Shown here: piece after piece, positions 8,783 to 18,195 of the stretch | How positions within the stretch are numbered: the first letter of the stretch is position 1 | Layout of the letters: each line of letters begins with the position of its first letter | NCBI GenBank assembly: GCA_039208735.1 | Contig: JBCCQY010000061.1 | Span: forward strand, 1-44,720 | Length of the DNA: 44,720 nucleotides | Direction: 5' to 3' | DNA from: Myxococcota bacterium | Lineage (GTDB): Bacteria > Myxococcota_A > UBA796 > GCA-2862545 | Notes under the pieces: model-generated | What the model was told of the DNA's origin: nothing | Database searches by the model: none | What the model saw: the letters and a program-made list of their open reading frames with translations, nothing else | Position numbers and translations under genes: made by a program

Positions 8783-9703
8783 TCACTCGAGAACGAAGGC
8801 CGGCTCGGGGAGGCCCAACTGCGGCAACGCCTTCTCGTTCCCTTCCCCGCTCATCATCCAATAGGGAAGACGCTCACTGCCGATGAGTTCGGCTCGTTCT
8901 CCGTGCGTGCTCTCCCAACCGACCAGCCGATGAGGCGACGCCACCTCCACCCACCAGGTGGTCTGCATGCCTTCGTGCTGCGTCACCACGTCACGAACCT
9001 CGAAGTTCCCCGACGGGGTGGCTTGGGTGCGGATCTGCGTGGCGACCGTGATCTCAAGTGGAGACCAGCTCGGCGCACGATGTCGCAACCGACCTGCCAT
9101 CAAGGTGGAGAGACCATCGAGGGTCCGGGTCTCACCGGGCTTCAGAGCCGGTTGCACGAGGCCGCGCACCAGCGCGGGCAAGGCGTCCGTCAGCACGCCA
9201 TCCGAGCGACGGCCCAAGTCTTGCTCTCGGTCCCCCTCGCCATCGAAGTAGCTGTGTTGCGTCCAGGCAAGGCCGTTCGACCCCGGCAGAAGATGCTCGT
9301 AGACGTGCCCACACCACTCCTGCATCGACATCGAGACCTTCACCGGCTCGCCCCACGCTGCGCCGCCATCGAGACGAAGGAACGTGCTGGTCATCACGTT
9401 GTAGTCGTAGATGCCAGTCTGAAAATCGCGAATCTCGTTGACCTTGAGCACGGGATATTCGTCTGGGTGTCCGCCGTCGGATTTGACGCGCTGGCCCTCG
9501 GTGAACCGCTCGGTCACGAAGACGAGGGTTACGCGGCCCTTGCGCGATTGGCCGTACCGTGGTGTCGTGAGGCGATACGCCGACAGCTCGGCCTTTCCAT
9601 CCCCCCACTGGTCCCAGAACCCCGAAGCAACCGTGGCCGGCTCCATGGCCTCGGACGTCTGGACACAACCAACCAGGAACAGGCTCCCAAGCAGCACTCG
9701 CAT
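8783..9703 (-). CDS. Conserved uncharacterised lipoprotein (QEWCG-motif family)
   Basis: ATG at 9703 follows AGGAG. Lipobox FLVGC. Conserved-looking blocks W.DGKAE..Y....RYG, VFVTE.F, VLK.N...F.TGIY.Y..M.STF, QEWCGHVY and SYFDGEGD. Confidence 0.75.
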   Translation of the reverse strand: MRVLLGSLFLVGCVQTSEAMEPATVASGFWDQWGDGKAELSAYRLTTPRYGQSRKGRVTLVFVTERFTEGQRVKSDGGHPDEYPVLKVNEIRDFQTGIYDYNVMTSTFLRLDGGAAWGEPVKVSMSMQEWCGHVYEHLLPGSNGLAWTQHSYFDGEGDREQDLGRRSDGVLTDALPALVRGLVQPALKPGETRTLDGLSTLMAGRLRHRAPSWSPLEITVATQIRTQATPSGNFEVRDVVTQHEGMQTTWWVEVASPHRLVGWESTHGERAELIGSERLPYWMMSGEGNEKALPQLGLPEPAFVLE

Positions 9704-9795
9704 CGATCGTCTCCTAGGCCCCGTGAACCGCGCGTCGACGGGCCTACCGTCGCGGGTGTATGGACATGCGTGGCCTGAAGCACCCAAAGGACCCC

Positions 9796-12450
9796 ATGTC
9801 GCTCGAAAGCATCCTCGAACTCGAGATTCTTCCGCATGTCGACAAGCCGTCCCGCTACCTCGGCAACGAGGTCAATGCGGTGCGCAAGAACCCCGAGGAC
9901 GTCGACGTCCACATGGCGCTCGCGTTCCCCGACCTCTACGACCTCGGGCTCGGCAATCTCGGCATCCACATCTTGTATGCGGTCGTCAACGACCTTCCCT
10001 GGGCGAGCTGCGAGCGCGTCTATGCGCCGGGCATCGACCTCGAAGATCTGTTGCGGAAGCGCAATCTGCCGCTGTTTACCCTCGAGACGAAGACCCCGCT
10101 GCGGCAGCTCGATTTGCTGGGCTTCACGCTCCAGTCCGAGCTGACCTACACCAACATCCTCAACATGTTGGATTTGGCGTCGATCCCCGTTCGCACTGCG
10201 GACCGCGGCGAAGACGATCCGCTGACCGTCGCGGGTGGTCCAGCCGTCTTCAACCCCGAGCCCTTAGCCCCATTCATCGACCTGTTCGTCATCGGCGACG
10301 GCGAAGATGCGATCAAGGAGATCAGCGAGGTGTTGCGCGAGGTGCGAGGGCGGTCGCGCCGCGAGAAGCTCGAAGCCTTGGCCCAGCTCGAAGGCGTATA
10401 CGTCCCTGAACTCTTCCCGATGGAGACGTTGCCCGACGGCTCGATCCGGCCTCCGGTGGACGGTCCACGGATTCGCAAGCGCATCACCCGGGATCTCAAC
10501 GGGGCCACCTTCCCGGTCGACTACATCGTGCCGTACACCCAGCAGGTGCACGACCGGATCAGCCTTGAAGTCCTGCGAGGATGCACCCAGGGATGCCGTT
10601 TCTGCCAGGCCGGTATGACGACGCGCCCCGTGCGTGAGCGCGAACTCGAGAATGTGGACGACCTGCTCCAGCGCACCCTCGAGACCACCGGCTACGAGGA
10701 AGTCTCCCTCGTCTCCCTCTCGACGTGCGACTACAGCCAGGTGCGTCAGCTCGTCGAGAACACCGTGGAGCGCGCACGCCCCCAGCGGGTCAGCGTCTCA
10801 TTGCCTTCGTTGCGCCTCGATAGCTTCTCGGTGGAACTCGCGGACATGGTGGCCGAAACCCGCCGTACCGGCCTCACCGTGGCCCCCGAAGCCGCATCGC
10901 CCCGCCTGCGGGCCGTCATCAACAAGTGGATCCCGGATGACGACCTCATCCGCATGGCGACGGGAGCGTTCGAACGGGGCTGGGACCATGTGAAGATGTA
11001 CTTCATGATCGGCCTCCCCACCGAGCGTGACGATGATGTCGTCGCAATCGCAGACCTTGCGAAGCGAGCGGTGGAAGAGGGTCGCGCGATCCACTCCCGG
11101 GCGAAGGCCAACCTCGGCGTAAGCACCTTCGTTCCGAAGCCGTTCACCCCATTTCAGTGGGCGGCACAAATCAACTTAGAAGAGACGGAACGCCGTCAGG
11201 ACGTCTTGCAGGCCGCGTTGAAGGATGCCCCTCGCATCAAGTTCGGCCGTCACGAACCCGAGGAAACCTTCCTTGAAGGGCTGGTCAGCCGAGCTGACCG
11301 GCGGGCTGGAGACCTCGTTGAGGCCGCATGGCGCAACGGGGCCCGGTTTGACGCGTGGCGCGAGCACCTCAATTTCGAGGCGTGGACCCAGGCGATCGAA
11401 CAGACGGGCTACGACGTCGACGACGCGCTGCGCGAACGAGACCTCGACGAGCGCTTGCCGTGGGATCACATCGACATCCTCATTGGCAAGGAGTGGTTCA
11501 AGTCAGACTGGAAGCGTGCGCTCGTGCTGCAGCACGCCGAGGACTGCCGCCACAGCAAGTGCCATAAGTGCGGGGTCATCGACCACGAACGGCCCCTCTG
11601 TGCCACCATGCTTCGCCGTTCCATCAAAGGCCGGAAGCCCGAAGCTGCATGGACGCGCAAGCCGAAGTCTGAGAACGTGGAGCCGCCGTCGGTTCAGCGC
11701 CTATGGATCAAGATCAGCCGGACAGGAACGGCTCGGTACCTCGCCCATCTCGAAGCGATGAACGCATGGCTGCGCGCGTTGCGTCGGGCCAAAACACCGC
11801 TGTCCTACAGCCAGGGCTTTCACCCCCACCCGAAGATGGCGTTTTCATCTGCCATGCCGTCCACTACCGCATCGCTCGGCGAATACCTCGATCTTTCGTT
11901 GGTGGCGCGCGTCGACCCCGAGGCCTACCTCGCGGAACTGGCCGCGGTACTTCCCGAGGGCTTCGGCGTGCACGGGATTGCCGAAGTACCCAAGAGTGCG
12001 CCTTCGCTCATGGCCGCCAACATCGGGGCCGAGTACCGGGTGCACTTCCCGACCGTGGCGGCCGAGGACCTTCGGACGCAACTCAAGGAACTGCTCACGC
12101 AGGAGACGATCTTCGTGGAACGGAAGACCAAGAAACAGCGGCGCAACAAGAAGCGTCGGGGGTCTCGAAGCAACCAAACCCGTAAGGTCGACGTTCGACC
12201 CTCGATCGAGACCGCCTCCATTGTCGAAGAGGACGGCACGCCGGTGCTCAAGCTGCGTCTTGTGAAGCACGACGGGGTCATTGCAAAGGTGCGCGACCTG
12301 TTGCCGATGCTGACCGACGACCCCGCACGTGCTCTCGTGGTTCGAACGGAGACGCTCCTTTCGACCCCCGAAGGGGTTGTTCGGCCGATCAGCGAGGGTT
12401 GGTGGCCGATGTCGCCGATTGTCGCCGCGAGTCCGCAGCCAGCGAGCTAA
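9796..12450 (+). CDS. TIGR03960-like B12-binding-domain radical SAM protein fused to TIGR03936/DUF2344-like radical SAM-linked domain
   Basis: VDKPSRYLGNE, FPDLYDLG, RGCTQGCRFCQAG (CxxxCxxC), YFMIGLP, FVPKPFTPFQW and LPWDHID. C-terminal YLAHLE...YSQGFHPHPK. ATG at 9796 follows AAAGGA. Confidence 0.9.
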   Translation: MSLESILELEILPHVDKPSRYLGNEVNAVRKNPEDVDVHMALAFPDLYDLGLGNLGIHILYAVVNDLPWASCERVYAPGIDLEDLLRKRNLPLFTLETKTPLRQLDLLGFTLQSELTYTNILNMLDLASIPVRTADRGEDDPLTVAGGPAVFNPEPLAPFIDLFVIGDGEDAIKEISEVLREVRGRSRREKLEALAQLEGVYVPELFPMETLPDGSIRPPVDGPRIRKRITRDLNGATFPVDYIVPYTQQVHDRISLEVLRGCTQGCRFCQAGMTTRPVRERELENVDDLLQRTLETTGYEEVSLVSLSTCDYSQVRQLVENTVERARPQRVSVSLPSLRLDSFSVELADMVAETRRTGLTVAPEAASPRLRAVINKWIPDDDLIRMATGAFERGWDHVKMYFMIGLPTERDDDVVAIADLAKRAVEEGRAIHSRAKANLGVSTFVPKPFTPFQWAAQINLEETERRQDVLQAALKDAPRIKFGRHEPEETFLEGLVSRADRRAGDLVEAAWRNGARFDAWREHLNFEAWTQAIEQTGYDVDDALRERDLDERLPWDHIDILIGKEWFKSDWKRALVLQHAEDCRHSKCHKCGVIDHERPLCATMLRRSIKGRKPEAAWTRKPKSENVEPPSVQRLWIKISRTGTARYLAHLEAMNAWLRALRRAKTPLSYSQGFHPHPKMAFSSAMPSTTASLGEYLDLSLVARVDPEAYLAELAAVLPEGFGVHGIAEVPKSAPSLMAANIGAEYRVHFPTVAAEDLRTQLKELLTQETIFVERKTKKQRRNKKRRGSRSNQTRKVDVRPSIETASIVEEDGTPVLKLRLVKHDGVIAKVRDLLPMLTDDPARALVVRTETLLSTPEGVVRPISEGWWPMSPIVAASPQPAS

Positions 12451-12470
12451 GAGACGCAACCGGAGGAAAG

Positions 12471-13619
12471 GTGTACCAGCTCAGCGACGACCAGCAGGCG
12501 CTCGTCGAGGCTACCCGAGGCTTCGTGGAAGACGAGATCGGCCCGCTCGTCCGCGAGGACGACGAAGCCGAGCGATTCCGGCCCGAGATCATGCAGGCGC
12601 TCGGTGCCCAGGGTCTCACCGGCGTGACCACGCCGGAGGCCTTCGGGGGGTTGGGTCTTGGCTACGTCGAGTACAGCCTTGTGCTTGAGGCCATCGCTCG
12701 CGTCAGCGCTTCCTACGCGGTGTCCGTCGCTGTCACCGGGCTGCCACAGATGATCCTGTCGACCTTCGGCACCGACGCTCAGCGCGATCGCTACCTCGAA
12801 GGCCTGGCCACGGGACGCCTGTTGGGCGCCTTCGCCCTTTCGGAGCCGGGCAGCGGAAGCGACGCTGGAGCGCTGAAAACGACCGCGACAAAGCGGGGCG
12901 AGCAGTACGTGCTGGCGGGCAGCAAGTTCTGGATCACGCACGGCGGTTACGCCGATGTGTATGTGGTCATGGCCCGAACCGGTGGGCCGGGTCCCAAAGG
13001 GGTGTCCGCGTTCTTGGTCGACGGAACCGCCAAGGGCCTGTCCTTTGGGAAGAAAGAAGAGAAGATGGGCCTTCGCACCTCTCCCACCGTCGAGGTGATC
13101 CTCGACGACGTGGTGGTCGATGAAAGCGCCCGGGTCGGCCCCGAAGGAACGGGCTTCTCCGTGGCGATGGCGGCGCTCGACTCGGGACGCATCACGATCG
13201 CAGCCACGAGCCTCGGCATCTGCCAGTCGGCCCTCGAGGTCGCAACCCAGTACGCCAGTCAGCGACGCCAATTCGAAACGCCGATCATCGACTTTCAGGG
13301 CGTTGGGTTCATGCTGGCCGACATGGCCGCCAAGACCGAGGGCGCTCGCGCGCTTACGCATCGGGCCGCGGCGCGGCGGGACGCAGGTTTGCCGCACTCC
13401 TACGATGCTGCGCTAGCCAAGCTCACGGCGACCGATGCGGCCATGGCGGTAACCACCGATGCGGTGCAGGTGCTTGGCGGCTACGGCTATACGCGGGAGT
13501 ATCCAGTCGAGCGCTACATGCGGGACGCAAAGGTGATGCAGATCGTCGAAGGCACGAATCAGATTCAACGACTCGTGATCTCTCGTCACTTGAAGCGAAC
13601 CTACGGCACCGACGGATGA
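12471..13619 (+). CDS. Acyl-CoA dehydrogenase
   Basis: AFALSEPGSGSDA, GSKFWIT, KMGLR.SPT, LD.GRI, RRQF, QVLGGYGY..EYPVERYMRDAKV.QIVEGTNQIQR. GTG follows GGAGG. Confidence 0.96.
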   Translation: MYQLSDDQQALVEATRGFVEDEIGPLVREDDEAERFRPEIMQALGAQGLTGVTTPEAFGGLGLGYVEYSLVLEAIARVSASYAVSVAVTGLPQMILSTFGTDAQRDRYLEGLATGRLLGAFALSEPGSGSDAGALKTTATKRGEQYVLAGSKFWITHGGYADVYVVMARTGGPGPKGVSAFLVDGTAKGLSFGKKEEKMGLRTSPTVEVILDDVVVDESARVGPEGTGFSVAMAALDSGRITIAATSLGICQSALEVATQYASQRRQFETPIIDFQGVGFMLADMAAKTEGARALTHRAAARRDAGLPHSYDAALAKLTATDAAMAVTTDAVQVLGGYGYTREYPVERYMRDAKVMQIVEGTNQIQRLVISRHLKRTYGTDG

Positions 13620-13707
13620 GCCAGGGGGCAGCGTTGCTCGTCGATCGAAGCAGGCAGCTTTCGTATACTCCAGCGGCCCGGCCCAGCGGGCAGGGGACTG
13701 GTTTGTA

Positions 13708-15597
13708 ATGAAGGTCTGTCAGACGTGCGGGACCACGTACAAGGACTACATCGACTTCTGCTTCAACGATGGCGACATCCTCGTGGCGATGGCGGACGAT
13801 GCGCCCATCACCGAGGTTCCCCACGACAGCTTCGCGGTGACGCCCCATGTCCCCGAGGAGGCGACCGAAGCAGCTCCTCGCATCGCAGATCCCGCGATGG
13901 CCGAGATCGACCAGTTGCCGGTGGACGACGAGGAACCCACGCAGCACAGCGCTCCGGTCGTTGGTCTCGATGGCGAAGAGGACGACGAGGACCGCACCGT
14001 GCCTCGGATGGCCTCGGAGTCGGAAGCGCCTCTCGATGCCTTCGCGCACGTCGAGCGAACCGACCCCACCGAGTCGGACACCCCGCTTGGCAACGAGCCT
14101 CCGGTGCGTCAGCCCACGTCCCCTTCGCAGGCGCAAACCGAGCCTTTCGTCCGGGCGGTCCCCGCCGCGACGGCCGTGGCGACCCCTGACTTAGGCGAAG
14201 ACGAAGAACCGTTGGGTCTTGACGACTTTGGCGGCGACGACCCCGAAGAAGACACACCGGTTCTCCAGGAACCGGTGGTCGTGGCACCGCCCCCCTCTGC
14301 CAGCACGGACTACGACACCGCAAACACCTTGGTGCCCAGCGACAGCATGGTGTCGAGCGTCGACGGACCGGTCATCGCGATGACGAAGGCCGACGCGGAT
14401 CGCATCCTCGAGGACGAAGAACCCGCGCCCCTCGGAACGGGCCCAACCCTGGCCCCTTCCCCACCCTCGACGCCGCCCGCCCCGCCGCCCCCACCGGTCC
14501 CGAATTCACTTGGCCAGACGCTGCCGCTGAACGACGGCCGCACGCCACCCCGGCCCTTGTCGCGGGGAGGCCTGATCAGCGGAGCACCCGACGGCGTTGG
14601 CGGCATTGAAACCAAGCCCCTGCCACGTCCGTCGGCGACGCCAACGATTCCTTCGGTCACCAATCTACGGCCGGGCGAAGAAGAAGAAGAAGACGACGAT
14701 ACGGCCGTCAGCGGAACAGGATTCGTGGTCTTGATGGGTGGAGCATTTATCGCGGGCGTCGCCGTCGTAGCCATGGCGGTGGGTATCGCGGCGTTGCAAT
14801 GGCTCAGTTCGAGCGATGTCCCTCCGCAAGAGCAAGTGGGCCTCCCCACCCCTTCGCCAGCCGAACCGCTTCCCCCGCCGCCCAAAATCGAACTAGGTCC
14901 GGAAGACGATGATTTCGATGACGAAGACGCCGCCGCGTTGATCGAGCCTGCCGGGGTCCGTCCCTCGCCAGGGATTCCACCCGGCGCACTTCCGGCGACC
15001 GCGGGCAACCCAGGCGGCGGATCAGCGCGCGAGTCCAAGTCGATTTCCGTCGTGGAAAGCCTGAATCGACCCTCTGATGGAACGGGTCAACGGCCGATTC
15101 TCTTTGATTCCGTCCCGTCGAATGCACTCGTCGAACTCGAAGGGCACGCCCCGTTCCGCACGCCTTCCGAGGTGCGGCTCAACGTCGGTGAACGCTACTC
15201 GTACACCATGACGTTCCCGGGCTACGATCCCGTTAAGAGCGACTTTATGGTCATCCGGGGGTCGGGCGTACTCAAGCGCACCGAAAAGCTAATTCGCACG
15301 CCCACAACGGTTCCCAAGCGCGAAGGCCCCATCGTCTTTGGCCCTCAGGGATGCCGTCTTCGCGTCGACGGGACCCTCATGGAGTCGGAAGACATCGTGG
15401 GAGGAACCAAGATCGACGAGAGCACCGGGCGCCCGATGGTTTACCTGCCCTTCCAGCTGAAGGGAGCGGTGCTACCCGCGAAGGGTAAGACCTACACATT
15501 GCAAGTGGTGTCGGGCGACGGCACGCCCCCGACGTGTAGCGACTACGGCACCATGGTTATCGAATACAGCGGACAGGCCTCGATCGTCATCAAGTAG
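13708..15597 (+). CDS. Bitopic membrane protein: N-terminal zinc-ribbon, long acidic/Pro-rich disordered region, TM helix, PEGA-like periplasmic region
   Basis: MKVCQTCGTTYKDYIDFCFNDG, then a low-complexity E/D/P tract, TM FVVLMGGAFIAGVAVVAMAVGIAAL and PEGA-like FDSVPSNALVEL.G....TP...FPGY. Confidence 0.72.
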   Translation: MKVCQTCGTTYKDYIDFCFNDGDILVAMADDAPITEVPHDSFAVTPHVPEEATEAAPRIADPAMAEIDQLPVDDEEPTQHSAPVVGLDGEEDDEDRTVPRMASESEAPLDAFAHVERTDPTESDTPLGNEPPVRQPTSPSQAQTEPFVRAVPAATAVATPDLGEDEEPLGLDDFGGDDPEEDTPVLQEPVVVAPPPSASTDYDTANTLVPSDSMVSSVDGPVIAMTKADADRILEDEEPAPLGTGPTLAPSPPSTPPAPPPPPVPNSLGQTLPLNDGRTPPRPLSRGGLISGAPDGVGGIETKPLPRPSATPTIPSVTNLRPGEEEEEDDDTAVSGTGFVVLMGGAFIAGVAVVAMAVGIAALQWLSSSDVPPQEQVGLPTPSPAEPLPPPPKIELGPEDDDFDDEDAAALIEPAGVRPSPGIPPGALPATAGNPGGGSARESKSISVVESLNRPSDGTGQRPILFDSVPSNALVELEGHAPFRTPSEVRLNVGERYSYTMTFPGYDPVKSDFMVIRGSGVLKRTEKLIRTPTTVPKREGPIVFGPQGCRLRVDGTLMESEDIVGGTKIDESTGRPMVYLPFQLKGAVLPAKGKTYTLQVVSGDGTPPTCSDYGTMVIEYSGQASIVIK

Positions 15598-15618
15598 ACG
15601 ATCGAAAGCGACCGGCGC

Positions 15619-16587
15619 CTAAAAGCGAGCCCCGATGAGGATTTGGGTGCCCCCGCGCTCGGTGGGCCCGAACGACAGAGCCGCCGACTGCTTCTTGAGT
15701 GTGCGCTGGCCCATCACCTGATTGGTCAGCACCGTGGCGCCGTAAAACCCGGCCAACGACAACACCGTCAGCTCGGTCGCATTCTGGCTGCCTTGGCCGA
15801 CTGCCCCCACCCACACGGCGGTGGCTGGAACCACGATCCCCAATGCTGCGGCCATGCCGCCCGTGTCGCCGCGGCGTAGCGACGGGTACCCGGGCAGCGG
15901 CACAAATGACTCAAGCAACACTTTGCGGCGATCGGACTTTGCGATCCGGGGAGCTTCGGGCTTGGTGGCATCTTCCGGCACCGTGGCTACGGGATCGACC
16001 GCGATCGAAGGGGGCGGTTCGACGGGGCGCTGAAGCCCGATCAGCTCATGGACATGCTGGTCGATGCGGGCGAGCGGTGTCACCACGTTGACCGTGGTAG
16101 CGTCGTTCAAGCCGTTGGTCCGTGACGTAATGCGAAGTTCGCCGCTGCCTTTTTGCTCGGCGACGACCAGCCAACGCCACCCTGACTCGTTCGATGCCAA
16201 GGCCACACAGTTGAGGTCCGTGCCACAAGCCCGGCTCGCGGCAGCGACGGGGTCAGGCGCCCCGTCCCCCACCGGCGTGGCTCGAACGCCTTCGACCGCG
16301 CTGAACGCGGCCAAAATCCCACCACGTGCGGGTTCTTCCGCAACCACCCAAACCGACCAGTCGGGCTGCTCCCGGTAGGTCAACGCGTCCGTCGGCAACA
16401 TGTCGACGAGCAAGTCGAATGGCACAAGCGCGCGTCCCTGAGGCAGCTCAAGGGAAAGACCATCGGACTCGGTCGCGAGGATCTGGCCCGTCAGCACCCG
16501 ACCATCCACGAGGCGAAGCTGACGATACTGGGGCTCGACCGCCTGTGCAGAGCCCATGAGGGCAAGTCCGAAAACGAGCGGGATCAC
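15619..16587 (-). CDS. Exported, probably outer-membrane-associated protein of unknown function
   Basis: GTG at 16587 (GGAGG RBS, GTGA overlap) and signal peptide ending AQA. LVDGRVLTGQI beta motif, CGTDLNC, two hydrophobic helices and C-terminal ILIGARF. Confidence 0.68.
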   Translation of the reverse strand: MIPLVFGLALMGSAQAVEPQYRQLRLVDGRVLTGQILATESDGLSLELPQGRALVPFDLLVDMLPTDALTYREQPDWSVWVVAEEPARGGILAAFSAVEGVRATPVGDGAPDPVAAASRACGTDLNCVALASNESGWRWLVVAEQKGSGELRITSRTNGLNDATTVNVVTPLARIDQHVHELIGLQRPVEPPPSIAVDPVATVPEDATKPEAPRIAKSDRRKVLLESFVPLPGYPSLRRGDTGGMAAALGIVVPATAVWVGAVGQGSQNATELTVLSLAGFYGATVLTNQVMGQRTLKKQSAALSFGPTERGGTQILIGARF

Positions 16588-17339
16588 TGGTCCTCCCGAA
16601 GCTGGTCGTGAAGGGCGTCGCACGCTTCCTGGCTTGGTACCAGGGCGACCGCCAAATCATAGGGTACGCACTCCGCATCCGGATCGTCAGCGAAAAGTGC
16701 GTTGCAAGGCTGCGCGCCTTCGAACCGACCACACACGGCGGCGAGAAAGCCGATGTAGTCCCCGGCCGGAAGGTTGGCGAAGAACAGCCCCGGACCCTTC
16801 AGGCCAATCGCCCTGGGCAACTGGTCATCAGCAGCGTTCAGCCAGTTTCCGGTTGGGCATTCTGCGTCATCCGCGGCCGAGTAGAGCGGCGCTTCCCAGA
16901 GCGGAACGTCGATGCCGTCTGGACAATCGAAGTCCGCAAAGTCTCCCCCGGGTTGGGGATTTCCCTCAAGCGGGGTGGCCAACGTCACACAAACCGAGCC
17001 ACCGGGGTGGTTGAATCGGAAGAAGTCGACGTCGGAAGGATAAGTGAGGGGGATCGGTTCGATCGGGCAATCAAAATCCTCACTGCCCGCCGGTCGGGCT
17101 GGCTCCCACGCGAGTTGCCCTGACCACCGGAGTCCCGTGAACAACCCTTCCAACCGACCATCCAACGCAAGATCGGCCGGCAAATCAGGCCGATCGCCTT
17201 CGTTCGCTTCGTCCGCGACCTGCTCGAGGAGCACCGGTGCCGCGACGTCGACAAAGTCCTCGTCCGGAAGGTGGTCGAATCGTGGCCATCCGTTACATCC
17301 GGCGGCGACACTGACGATAACCCAAACGTGCCGAATCAC
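16584..17339 (-). CDS. Cys-rich acidic putative lipoprotein
   Basis: Lipobox-like VAAGC, eight further Cys and DVDFFRF. Translationally coupled to the downstream gene. Confidence 0.62.
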   Translation of the reverse strand: MIRHVWVIVSVAAGCNGWPRFDHLPDEDFVDVAAPVLLEQVADEANEGDRPDLPADLALDGRLEGLFTGLRWSGQLAWEPARPAGSEDFDCPIEPIPLTYPSDVDFFRFNHPGGSVCVTLATPLEGNPQPGGDFADFDCPDGIDVPLWEAPLYSAADDAECPTGNWLNAADDQLPRAIGLKGPGLFFANLPAGDYIGFLAAVCGRFEGAQPCNALFADDPDAECVPYDLAVALVPSQEACDALHDQLREDQ

Positions 17340-17475
17340 CTGGTCAACCCCGCCTCTCCATGCCGCCCCTCTCTACCCTGGGTCTACAAAGGCCACAAGC
17401 GTCGTTCTTGTCGGCCTACCCAACCCAGTGACGGTGTAGGGGGTGTGTTAAGAGCCCAGCCCGGAGGCCCCGAAC

Positions 17476-18195
17476 GTGTCTGAGAAGACGGACGAAGAAG
17501 ACGACCTCGAATTCCAGCAAGCCGACGCAGGTTTGTTGTTCCGCACCGAGATGTGGGTAACCAACGCCTTTCTTGGGTACTGGCCGTACTTGCTGGGCGG
17601 CGTCGTGGTCATCTTGCTCTGCTTCCTGCTCTACGGGCAGTACTCCGCCTGGGTGGTGAGCGATCAACGTGCGTCGAGCCAGGCGATCTATGAGCAGATC
17701 GACGACTTGCCATCGCTCGAGCGGATCGGACCCGGCCGGGCTTTCGGCCAGGCCCTTCCCGAGGGAACAGATCTTGCGGAACGGGCGAGCAAGCTCGAAG
17801 AAGTTGCGGAAGAAAGCCGAGCCACGGCCCGTGTCGAAGCCCTGCTGAAGGCCGCGGAACTCTACCGTCTCGCGGACGACGCCGAGGCGCAGCGGAAGGT
17901 TCTCGAGAAGGCAGAGGGCGACGCGAATGGTGTTCTCGCCTACGGCGTGCAGACCTCGCTCGCGAACCTCGAACTCGAAGCCGGCGATGGCGATGCGGCC
18001 ATTACTCGCCTACGGAAGCTGGCCGATCGCTCCGATGCCCTGGGCCAACAGGCGACGCTCGATCTCGGACGCGCCCTCGAGACATTGGACCGGGACGAGG
18101 AGGCCCGCAAAGTGTACGAGAACTTCGAGGAACAGTGGCCCGATTCGTCGCGGCTCGACGAAGTGCGTGAGCGCAAGAAGGCCGTGGCTGGTTGA
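17476..18195 (+). CDS. YfgM-like membrane-anchored TPR protein
   Basis: Single N-terminal TM followed by TPR-like helices. GTG follows GGAGG. Lies directly upstream of a PQQ beta-propeller gene, as in yfgM-bamB. Confidence 0.72.
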   Translation: MSEKTDEEDDLEFQQADAGLLFRTEMWVTNAFLGYWPYLLGGVVVILLCFLLYGQYSAWVVSDQRASSQAIYEQIDDLPSLERIGPGRAFGQALPEGTDLAERASKLEEVAEESRATARVEALLKAAELYRLADDAEAQRKVLEKAEGDANGVLAYGVQTSLANLELEAGDGDAAITRLRKLADRSDALGQQATLDLGRALETLDRDEEARKVYENFEEQWPDSSRLDEVRERKKAVAG

